The translations under genes were made by a program, and so were the position numbers. From Atractiella rhizophila (lineage: Eukaryota), in contig MU271270.1 of assembly GCA_021432655.1 (NCBI GenBank), positions 62,001 to 112,377 of the forward strand: DNA of 50,377 bases, in the 5' to 3' direction. Shown piece by piece: positions 1-10,096 of this stretch. The notes beneath the pieces are model-generated. The model ran no database searches. It was given only the letters and a program-made list of their open reading frames with translations, and had not been told where the DNA came from. Within the stretch, counting starts at the first letter, position 1, and the number at the start of each line of letters is the position of its first letter.

Positions 1-351
1 CATTAAGCTGAACTGTTCTGGCTTGGGCAAGGGGGTTTGTTGAAGAAAATTGTCGTATAATCTTTGTTATGACATGACCAGGAGACAATCCAAGGTCAAG
101 CTCCTAGTCCCCTCCTCAAGCTTGAAGCCTCCTATAATAATGTGTCATAGTACGATAATAGACCTGTGGGTCTACATTCCATTGACAGGCTCTTCAAGTT
201 TTCCTGAAACCCGTGATTGCTCTGCTTCTTTCCTTGAGTACAGTGAGACAGACAGCATCCCACTCGATACCACTGCACTTTTTGCCAACTGCAACTGCCA
301 CTGCAACTCCTATTCAAGCCGAAGCATTACACAACTCTTACGCACTGACTA

Positions 352-966
352 GATCACGACAAGCGCAGTCTCAGTCAAGGCGCTGCTAAGGAATATTGAC
401 CTAATCCGGTGGTGTGAGATACGTTGCGGCCCATGTTTGGACCAAGCGGACATAAAGTTTCGTAGTAACGACCATCGATTCCTCCTCAGAAGCTCTGAGG
501 TGTACAGTTTGGATGGCGGAATTGAGCTTCAACCTTCCAGGATCGCAAACCATTCGCTGCCTGAACGACAGACTGGAAGTTATACATGCTGGAACTTTGG
601 CCAAAGTTATCGCCGCCGTGTCAATTGAGCGCATCGAGGTGAGAAAGTTTCCCCCCTTGTCGACTGGTCAGTTATGATTGACCGGTTCCGTGTAGATATC
701 GACTACTTCTTCTCCTTCGCACTGGTTCAGAATTTACCTAAAAGGTAGGTATCCTCGTATCCAAGTGGCGCAAGGCAGCTCTCATCCTCGTGACCACTCC
801 CTCGGTCTTCGTAGACTCTACAGTGTTCGAATTGCACACCGCAGAGCCCATTTCCAAGTCTGGCTCGCCCTTGTCTGGCCTCTTTGACCTTTTACACAAT
901 TGGAGTAAGGCGTATCACTTCGCCATCAGAGAACCTCCACCCCAAAGTGAGGGCTCTGTTTCGTAG
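352..966 (+). CDS. 3' exons of an unidentified intron-containing gene (5' part unresolved)
   Basis: Short GT-AG introns join open exons reading ...TTIDSSSEALRCTVWMAELSFNLPG...VSIERIE|ISTTSSPSHWFRIYLK|DSTVFELHTAEP...EGSVS*. No family recognised. Confidence 0.35.
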
Positions 967-1256
967 GTTTTTTTTGTCACTTCTTTTTTTCATTTCTTTC
1001 TCACTGCATTCACCATGAAGATCCAACGAAGAAGATTCTTATGGTATTAATCTTGACTCTGCGAAGCGATCCAAGCGGAAACCTCTTCCTGCCCCAGTGA
1101 GTGGCTCCCCTCGAATATCCCCAAACCCATGACTCATGGTGTGCATCTGTCTTTTCTTGCTTGTGTGTAACTTGGTGGATTTACATTTTCACACTTCACA
1201 CTTCGGATATTTCAAAGGTGATAAAAACACTTCATATTGGACCTCCCACCAAAAGA

Positions 1257-2821
1257 ATGTCTTCACCCTCCCCAGATCCCTCAGACCTCGATCTTAGAAC
1301 CATAAACGGTAACGCCGCCACCAGTTCACACCAACCTCTACCTTTGCAACAAGGACCTGAAAAGGTGGTCAAGAAACGGAGACTTCGGAAAAAGGTCGCG
1401 GAAGAGGATGAAGAACCATTACCTCCGAAGAAACGACGAGGAAAGAAGACAAAAGTGGACGAAGCCGCAAACGCTTCTACGTCCCTTAACAATGAGGCTC
1501 CCCCTTTCTTAGGTATTCTCATTCTTCACGTTCGTACGCCCACTTTTTAATGTCCCGTTGCTGTTTAGGTACCCTCTCCCATCTACCAACTCCTCCCTCA
1601 GTTTCCAGTTCCTTTGTTAAAGCGCCGGTCGCCTCCGCCTCCCTTTTGAACGGAGTAGATCACAAAGTCCCATCGGAGGCCCAAACTCCCACGACGACGG
1701 CGATGACAAACGGTCAGAACACTTCAGCTCGTCGAAAGAGGCCACGAGCGACGGAACGAACTAACCTCACCATAGCTTACAAGGCAGACAAGAGGGCATC
1801 CCAACCTACTGGCGTTCGCGATACTCCTATGCCTGCCGAAGTTACAGTCCCTGCGACAGCTGTCCCTTCGTCATCTACCCCCCCTATCAACCTTGCTGCA
1901 ATGGAGAATGCACGGCCAAGGAAGAGATTCAAACCTGACGAACCAATCCCAGTTTCTCTCGCTGTTCCCCCACCTACCGCCATGCAGATCCCTCCTGTGG
2001 ATATTCCCCGTCATCCTTCATTACCGATGCCTTTTACCATCCCCATGCCACAACTACCGAGGGTCGATTTTATAGGAATGGAGCAGAAGATGGAGTTAGT
2101 CTTTCGAGAGATGCGAGCGGTGTCCAAAAGCCTTGAGAAGCTAGGCGTTCATGACGTGGAAGGAACAGTATCTAACGACAAAGCTCACGAACTCCTATCC
2201 CAAATGGCGGCTCTAAGAAACGAGCTTCAAGACGAACGAAACACAAATCTCGAACTCAGATCACGAATAGTAAACCTCGAAGCCCAACTTACGGAAACAA
2301 AGTCCCTCCTCTATCACACTACCGTCGAAAGAGAGCGCTTATCCGGGTTCGAAGATTTGGTTCCCTTACGCTTGGAGCTGGAAACGGTGCAGGCACAGCT
2401 GAAGGTGAGCCGACAGGATGCAGAAACCGCCAGAGAGATGTGGCTAGTGACGGATGGAGAGAATCGGAAGCTTCAGTCGAGGATTCGAGATTTGGAATTG
2501 AAAATAAGCCCAGGGGGTGGCGCCAACGGGCGAGAGCAGTCGTCCACTCGTGACTTTTTTGGACGATCAGAACAGAGCTGGGAAGGCGGAGGTGATTCTG
2601 CTTCTGAAGGGCTTGGGAGCGCTGTGCCGAAAATCGTGGAAGATACTGAACATAAGTCGATCCCAGAATCTGTGCCAACTTCAAGCCACCCCACAGACGC
2701 AGGTGACGGTGCCACCGCGCGAGATGATGAGGACACGCCAGTTCGTCCGCAAATTGCGAATTTGAGGAAAGGAAGTGCTGCTTGGAACGGATCCGAAGAT
2801 ATGGAAGAAAGCGAAGGCTAA
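1257..2821 (+). CDS. Hypothetical protein: basic, Pro/Ser-rich N-terminus and central coiled coil
   Basis: ATG 1257 (MSSPSPDP); one intron 1513-1568 (GTATTC..TTTAG) joins ORFs 1101-1550 and 1550-2821 in frame. NLS-like KKRRLRKK/KKRRGKK; heptad-rich segment LRNELQDER..IRDLELKI. Confidence 0.7.
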
Positions 2822-2949
2822 TCCGAACTCTGTTGTTGCTTTGTCAGTTGACTTGATTCATGTTACCGTTTCAGTTTGAGGCAATTGTGTTAATCCCGGA
2901 AGATATATATTTTGATTAAGTGGAAATGTTATCGAACTACTACCCTCCT

Positions 2950-4569
2950 TTATTCGAATGGCCAACCAGTAGGTACACCTTTTGGAAGTACCGCCATTAC
3001 CTTGTATTGGTTACCCATTCCAGCTTCATCGACTAACCTCTGAGCTGCTGAAACAATATCATCTCTCCGAGCTGAATTTCGAGGGTCGTTCGCCAACCGG
3101 GCTAACCTCAGCGGCAGCCCTAGAGAGTTCAGAAATTGTGCCTGAGTGAGAGGTCCATGAGATGTTGCTAGATAACATCTTCTAAGTATGCGACGTGTCT
3201 CTGGGGAAGAATATATATACCTTGCTCATTAAATGATTGTGAAATCGCCTGAAAGTCCACGTTTGAAGTGAGATCTATGAGACCAGGTTCGCGAAGTGGG
3301 GAGACAATCTCGTGTTTTCTAAAAGCCTGAGCCTTACATCAACTTCTCGCTTGGTTCAGCGCTTCGAAACGCGAACCCTGAAACTGTCTCCAAAGCTCCT
3401 AAAATCCCCATAGTCCGCTATGAATCCAACTCCCTTTGCGGGCTTTGCTCCGTCGCCACCGATTAGCTCCCCTATTTTCATCGCAACTGTCCAACTCAGT
3501 GGCGAAACTTCGATACGTTGCGTCGGAGACAGGTTGGTAAACATGGAGGGACGAAGGGATGGGTAAAGACTTGATGCGGTGGTGGCTCCAGGAGATATAA
3601 CAAACCGAAATGAAGATGGAGAGGATTGGTCGACATCGACGAGAAGTTCGTGAAAATTATCTCCAGAACCTTTCTAATCGCCGTTGAGTTAAAGTCGCAC
3701 GTCTACAACTCGATAGATGCCTACTTGGAAAATATGGATGGGTAATGCGTCGAAGAACTCATGAGCAATGAGAAAAGTGAATTCATTATCTTCGGCTGGC
3801 CAAGGAGTAGTCACAACGGTTCTTATGTAGAAGAACAACTCACACGAAGGCACGTCTTCGATTTTGTCGTACCAAAATAGCTCTCCCTTAAACTCCTTTT
3901 GGATCGTAATTTTTTGCTCCTTCTTCAGTTCCTCTGAAGATTCCACGAGTTGTACCTTCAGGGGTGCCAGACCAGGAACTTTGCCAGCGAAAAAGTTGAA
4001 AGTCTATCCCTAGTCCGTGTGAGCCGGTAGAAGAAAAGGGATAAAGAACTAGACCCGAATTATATCACTAGTGAGAGTACCTCTCCCTGGCCCGAGCTCA
4101 ACCAGTCTAGTTTTCAAGGTTTTGGTACTCGATGGAACCTGCAGCGAATACTGAGTTATGAACCACGCTGCTACAAGCTGTCAGAAGAAATGTGAGCAAC
4201 TACTGAAGTAAGGTAACAAATATGCACCTCTCCAAAGACCTGAGATATCTCAGGACTGGTGATGAAATCACCTTTCTTGCCAAAGATGGCTGCATGATCT
4301 CGTCGAGCGTAGTAACCGTGCTGAGGATGGGTCAAACACAAGTTCATGTATGTTGGAACTGGGATCGGTCCGTGAGCCTATAAATCATCATGAGAGAGGA
4401 TGGAGCCACAAAAAACCATCCTCACCTTGATCAGAGAAGAAATTATGGGGAATAATGGATTGGTTTCTGTCTGAGCGGTAAATCGACGTCGCCAGAAAGA
4501 CGGCTGCGATTGGGCACATGATGACTTTATAAGACAATTTCTGGTCAAATTAGCAGCATTTCTCTTCAT
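2950..4569 (-). CDS. NDUFAF7: NDUFAF7/MidA-family SAM-dependent arginine methyltransferase (complex I assembly)
   Basis: Spliced exons give GDFITSPEISQVFGE, LVELGPGRGTL, IAHEFFDALPIH, ADYG, DLTSNVDF and MGNQYKVMAV, all typical of the family. Arg/Ser-rich N-terminus resembles a mitochondrial presequence. Confidence 0.9.
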
Positions 4570-4661
4570 TTTCAGAACCAAACGGAGGAGAGCTGAAAGT
4601 AACTCGTTAACTGGTGGAATGAGGTGACGCGCTGTTGGTGCGTTGGCCAGAAACTTAGACT

Positions 4662-4670
4662 GTCACGTGA
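4662..4670. promoter_or_regulatory. GTCACGTGA E-box (Cbf1-type bHLH site) in a 127-bp divergent promoter
   Basis: Lies between the ATG at 4569 (-) and the ATG at 4697 (+). Confidence 0.5.
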
Positions 4671-4696
4671 GGTGGAAGTGAAAAGCCACACGACGA

Positions 4697-5691
4697 ATGA
4701 GTACCAGCAGCGTCAAAGATGAAGCCACGGAGAAGCCCTTCAACGCCAAAAAGACGGTGGCCATCGTCTTGTTCTCCTTCGGGTTCTCTATGGTGGTGAC
4801 GGGACTGACAGGAAAGCGTTTAATGACGAGGGTAATGGGCAACACGGCTAAGGGGGACACTGTAGCTCAGACTGGCTTTGTGGGTACTTCGAGCGCTTTT
4901 TCAGAGGGGTTCAAGGGAGGTCGAGCACCAAAAAAAGTCCTCAAGAGCTGGTACAAGCAGTTTCAAGCCATCCAATCGGGAAGCGAACCCAAGATTGGCG
5001 GTCTCAGAACTGACCTTGGTCGCGCGTTTTTTGACAACCGAAGATTGAAGGAAGAGGCTCTGCTTGAATTCCGCAAACATCATTTGCCGAACGACGCCAA
5101 GGGAAAGCAGAAGGAAGAGGATACGTCGTTGAGTTCAGACTTCTTGTCAGATCTGGGGCTTTCTGAGCCGACAAAGCGGACGTCTGCTGAGGAGGAAGAC
5201 GATTTCAACGGTGCTACATACGCCCTGAGAGCTTTTGCCATTGCTACCGCCATTGTTGCAGTTGTGGCTGGAACAGGCTACACCTACCTTTTACATAAAC
5301 TAGATGTTTGGGATGTGAGCGCTTTCATTTAGCTTCAAAACACGGCTCAGACGTGTTATAGATGGAATCCCTCTCTTTATACCTCTCCGAAGAATTTTCT
5401 CCCGGCTTCTCCGTCAAAGTGCGAGCTCTTACAAACCAGCTTATACCTTCTCGACTTCGCACCAGCTCTCCTTCCGAACTCGCTGCACAGGTTGCAGACG
5501 AAGAAGCATTTCACCGGTTCTTGGAAAAGGAGGGCGAATCGGGGTTCTCGCAGTGGATCAAAGACTTGGACGAAGCTGGCGAAGAGCATCGAAATGAAAG
5601 AGCGGAACGATGGAAAGTCTTGAAGGTGGAACGTGACAGAAGGGTAAGAGCTCGGGCAGATCGAGAACGGCAAAAACACCTGGGTCTGTAG
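4697..5691 (+). CDS. Two-TM membrane protein, possibly AIM11/TMEM242-like (mitochondrial)
   Basis: ORFs 4697-5332 and 5362-5691 joined by intron 5315-5361 (GTGAGC..ATAG). Hydrophobic VAIVLFSFGFSMVV and YALRAFAIATAIVAVVAG segments; family call tentative. Confidence 0.6.
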
Positions 5692-5835
5692 TCTTCGTTG
5701 CGTGTCTTGCTTTGCACATCATGGTGTCTGTTTACATTTCTGCCCTATGTGGCTGAACTGAGGGTATCAAATTATGTCTAGCGCGTAATCGTCTAGATTA
5801 TAGCCGCCTAAATCGGTTCAAAGGTTGATCTGCAA

Positions 5836-6160
5836 TTAAGACGGTGGTTTTTGCAGGCAGTCAACTTGGTCTAACACTTTTCGTCAGCAAAAGCTATGTC
5901 CCTGTGGGCTTGATCTCACGGAGATTCCTCAGGTGCTCCGTGAAGAAGTTGTGTTTACCTTCAGAGCTCCAATTAGGGTTTCGTTCTCTGAGCTTGTGAG
6001 ATGGCTCACAATATGCACAGTAATATTTGTACTCATTAGACTGTTGGTTGTTCACTGAATCGTCTTTACTTCGACTGATTTCTCATCTCAGTTTAATATA
6101 AACAAGAAGGAGGATAAGCGATGCATACCTCACGAATTTGACGCAAGTCGACCAGAACAT
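5836..6160 (-). CDS. 73-aa stand-alone BED-type zinc-finger microprotein (not in ORF track)
   Basis: Exons 6160-6129, 6074-5920, 5870-5836; introns GTATGC..ATCAG (54 nt) and GTGAGA..GCTGAC..TTAG (49 nt). Protein MFWSTCVKFVSRSKDDSVNNQQSNEYKYYCAYCEPSHKLRERNPNWSSEGKHNFFTEHLRNLHQVDCLQKPPS (C-x2-C-x24-H-x4-H). Confidence 0.7.
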
Positions 6161-6454
6161 GTTGGTGAGTGAGTTGAGAATTCGCTATTTACTGTCTTTC
6201 CGCTTCAGTTTACGTCCAGTTCGGAGAGAAAGGAGATGGTCTTCTCACCTTTTAAAGATGTGGCGATATGGGCACGCCGAGCAACGCGATTGTTTGTGGC
6301 GATCGATCTTATCACAACCTGGTTGAAAATGGAGGAATAACGATTGGCTTTTGCTTTCGGACGCTCGAAGCAAACTCGAAACGTCTGTTTTGTGCTTTGA
6401 TGACGCTGCTGAAAATGAGACACGTTGATCCTCTATCACTCCGACGTCGGTTGT

Positions 6455-6697
6455 GTTTTATATATACGGCCGCCTGCGGTAGTGCTGGGAGCCGAAAAGA
6501 AATCCTGGTGACTCGCGCTTATTTCCCGGCACGTCCCGTACGATCCTCGCTTTACAGCATTGTTTTTGGTGAGATCAGCAACTACTGTTTGTTCAGGCTG
6601 GCTCAGGTGACCAATTGCGTTTGCGGGGGAAGGAGGGAGCAGAGCAGAGGGAGAGAAGGAAGAGGGATTACGTAGACGGATACTATTTTTACACGTG
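6455..6697 (-). promoter_or_regulatory. Putative promoter of the zinc-finger microprotein gene
   Basis: TATATATAAA on the minus strand at ~6457-6466, a pyrimidine tract at ~6625-6666, and CACGTG at 6692-6697. Confidence 0.45.
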
Positions 6698-7791
6698 ACT
6701 ATACTTTGGGCGTCAACTTCGTCTCCTTCTCCTTTCGAAATTCAAAATTCACACGTCATTTTGAGGCTGAGTTCCCTTAATCATCTAAAATCTATGTAGC
6801 GAGTCTAATATGGCGGTTCGTCGAAACGCTCATTAGGGCCGATGTGGACACTCCTTCTATAAAGATGTCAACATAAGCATCAGAAGATATACCACGCACC
6901 ATGTGGACATCTCTCAAATATTTTTCGTTCCATTCTCTTTTCTTCTTCAGCATTTACAACCACGATGACACGACGACTCACGCGCCACAATAGCTACACT
7001 GCTCAACCACTTCAGCTTACTCCTTCTGAGTGTACAGAGATTACACTCACTCGCCAGGCTCCTTCTGGCGCCTCTGAGTGAAACATTTGAGCGGATCTCA
7101 ATCTTAGGACTCGCGAACTTACTCAGCTCAGAGGCACAGCTGCTTATCCTGATTAGAGGTCATCAGTTAGTGAGATCAAAGCACGCACTTGATATGAGAG
7201 TGTCTACGGAAGAACAGATTGAAATGAGCCATTAAGTGTGAAGGATGTTGGAGATTACCATACGAAGCTATTCTAGAAGTTAAGAAATGTAACGACCAAG
7301 GGGCGAAGGTTCTTATCCTGGGCGACTCCCTCTGGCCAAGCCGGGAAGGCAAGGCTCGTCGGAACGCGTGCCAAAGTATATTTCAAGCTGCTCTACAAAG
7401 CCGAGCAAGATGAGTGCAAGATGTCCATCGATCAACAATTGATTCAGTTCAATTTCTAGGTCTCGAGTTGAGTTCGCTGCTATGCAGGCAGATAAGCTGC
7501 TCCACGTTCCTAGATAGGCGGTAAAAGCAGGGTAAATAGAAGGGTTGAGATTTTGAAAAAGGCGCCATTTGTTTGCACTCATCAGCAGTGTTGTAGCGGA
7601 ATGAAGCCCAGCCCGCAACTCAAGAACTTTGGCTCGCATTGAGGAAGGAACAAGATCAATAATTATAGCATGCTGAACTAACGTTGAACGTTGAACGTTG
7701 GACAGTAGAACGTGTTATGAAGCAGTTGAACTGGAGAGATGAAAGTGTGACGAAACCGGCGATGAGAGGTACAACAACAACCTGACCCAGC

Positions 7792-8402
7792 CTACAAATA
7801 CATCCACGGGTTGATCTCCAGAAAAGCAGTTCGTTTCGCAGGATTGAACAAGTCCGACCCTGTGCAACGCTCTGCATTCTTGATGTGCTCCTATTCGATG
7901 CTTAGGACGACCAATGTTTAAGGGCGTACACGACTTACAAAGGCGTTTACCTCCTTGCCTTCTGGAACCGCAGGAATCTTGATTACTGTTGGTACTCCTT
8001 TGACGAAGAACGGCCCTTGCCGAAAGTAATTTGTAGGGTTCTTCCACCTGGCCGCGGCGAGACATCAATACGAGCACGAAATGGGCGGCGTTAGGATGAG
8101 CAACGCACTCTGATTTATGCCCAACCCGAATGATCTTCCAGTCCTCTCCCTCTTCCGCCTCCTCTCCTTTCTGCACCTCGGTCTTTAGAAAGTCTGAAAT
8201 CCTGGAACAGAATGGGCACCTGTCATGCTGTCAACACCTATCACTAGGCAGAAGGAGCGTCATGCCATTCGTAACCGTCGTCTTCAAGTGAGGAATAGAA
8301 GATCAGGATCTTCCGCTTCCCATCCTTGGGTACCAATTCCTCGGCTGTATAATGCTTCTCTTTCAGAGGGAGAGGAAAGTCTGTCGTGAGTTGGAATTCC
8401 AT
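7792..8402 (-). CDS. TXNDC17/TRP14 (DUF953)-like thioredoxin, paralog A (WCPFC)
   Basis: MEFQLTTDFPLPLKEKHY..KILIFYSS..YEW|CPFC..WKIIRVGHKSE|WKNPTNYFRQGPFFVKGVPT..|EHIKNAERC..MYL*. Requires a 46-nt GC-AG intron at 8265-8220; alternative ATG at 8414. Confidence 0.75.
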
Positions 8403-9070
8403 TGTGGAAGCCATTAGGGATATAGGGCAAACAAAGATCGAGACAGCGAGCTTGGTGAAGTACAAACAAGGATTGTGCCACCATCCTATTCTTGTGCTGC
8501 CGTGGCTTTTATGGAGACTGACAAGCCCGCATGACAGCGGAATTTCAATCGGCCGGGCACGACAACCGATGCTTTGCTTTACTAGCAACGATTTCACGAC
8601 TCATGACGTGACTACTCTGGCTTTTTGTCTGGATGAATGTATGCCCTACGTAGCGAGGAGCCGCTGTCGAGGTTCTTCCAGATAGGATATAAAGCTCAAC
8701 GGCAGCAGCAGCTGGCATAAACGCCGTTGTCCCAACCGTCTAACGGAAACCGCGACGACAGGAGCCCTATCCAAATATATTGTTGGGTTCTGAGCATTCT
8801 GTACTGTGTACTTGGCATTGCCCCCAAACATCCATGAAGATAAAGGAGATTTGCCGGTCATTGGATCCAACAGGTGTACCCTGCTGCTAACAACATATTG
8901 GACGTCCGAAAGACATCAGCTCCCGCGGGAGAATCGTTCCGGCGAAATACAGGATGCATGACTAATAAAGGAATAGGGCTTGGATCGAGATTGATGAGGT
9001 GTAGACACTCGTGAGGGACTCCCTTGAAGGAATACTGGCCAAGATGCTGGTGGGAGTTGAAGTAATGTTA

Positions 9071-9634
9071 TTACACTGTGTTGGCAAGAAAAGCCTTGAA
9101 CACCTCAGGATCGTGAATACCATCCTCTTCCGTTCTTGGGGCTGTCGTGAGCACCTCCTAAACCGCAGTGAAACATCAAGGGCACGCCTACACACAGGTG
9201 GGAAAGCGCACCACAGGATCATAATCTGTTCCTTCCTCGAATGCTGGAACTATGAGCAAAAAAGGGACACTGGGGACACTGAATGGTGCCTTGCGGTAAT
9301 AGTTCGACTTGTCCTTCCACCTAACCCCAAAAAGGAGAAATTCAGCCTGAGCCTCTTGCTTCTGACGCGCCAGTAGGAAAATGTTATCATGTCGGATACT
9401 CACTCTCCCTTATGTCCAACACGTATGATTTTCCATCCTTCCCCTTCTTCTCCCTCCTCACCATGCTGCACTTCTCGCTTCACTATGCCTTCCACTCTCA
9501 CACAATCTGGGCACCACATCTTTCCATTCTCTTCTATGGACGCAAAGAAAATGAGAACTTTGGATTTTCCCATTTGCTTGCACCAGAGAGGAAGGAGAAA
9601 AGTGTTTCGTAGGGGGGTACGGCGGGGAGAGCAT
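9071..9634 (-). CDS. TXNDC17/TRP14 (DUF953)-like thioredoxin, paralog B (WCPDC), with an apparent 1-nt frameshift near the N-terminus
   Basis: KVLIFFAS..KMWCPDCVRVE..WKIIRVGHKGE|WKDKSNYYRKAPFSVPSVP..|EVLTTAPR..NTV*. The N-terminus MLSPPYPPTKHFSPSSLVQANGK is in another frame (extra base in the run at 9565-9568). Confidence 0.75.
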
Positions 9635-10096
9635 TTCAATTCTAGTCTGTTTCGAATTGGAGCCTGAGAGGACAGGTGCGGGTGAAAGGGTTATTATAGC
9701 GTTAGTGAAATTGGATTATCGTCCTGCAGCATGCACTGTCGATACTACCGATCAAAGCGCCTCATGACATGATGAGACCATCGAAAGGAAATGAGCGCAC
9801 CGAAAAGACGTCCGACTCACAACATGCAAGCACCAACAAGAAAACGTTGCCAAAATGTCACAGCCCATGTTTTCCAGCCAACCCACGTGTCCGTCGCGCT
9901 CTTGTCCTTTCGTCCACTACCTTTGGTTCCTTCATTGTTTTGTACTAGACTGCAGGAGTGAATTCAGTACGTGAATCCGACCAGTGTGGCACGTGACTTT
10001 CGCTCAAAGAAGGACATTCCCGGTGTTACAATCAATGATCACGAAAGCTTGCTCAACATTATCCATATTATAGTAATCGCTACAATAGGGGCACAC

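Noticed and set aside
5973..5980. TTAGGGTT (AACCCUAA on the minus strand), resembling a telomerase RNA template
   Set aside because: Falls in the R-N-P-N codons of the spliced zinc-finger ORF; no pseudoknot or other telomerase RNA element recognised; an 8-mer is expected by chance.
6697..6707. GACTATACTTT, resembling the 5' end of U3 snoRNA
   Set aside because: No box A (GGATCATTTCT), intron donor, or boxes B/C/D follow.
7636..7657. ~20-nt similarity (GCATTGAGGAAGGAACA) to the reverse complement of thioredoxin paralog B near 9225-9245
   Set aside because: Too short, purine-rich and not extendable.
7680..7700. (AACGTTG)x3, and the (CAACTG)-like repeat near 287-309
   Set aside because: Short simple repeats without spacers; not CRISPR-like, no evidence of function.
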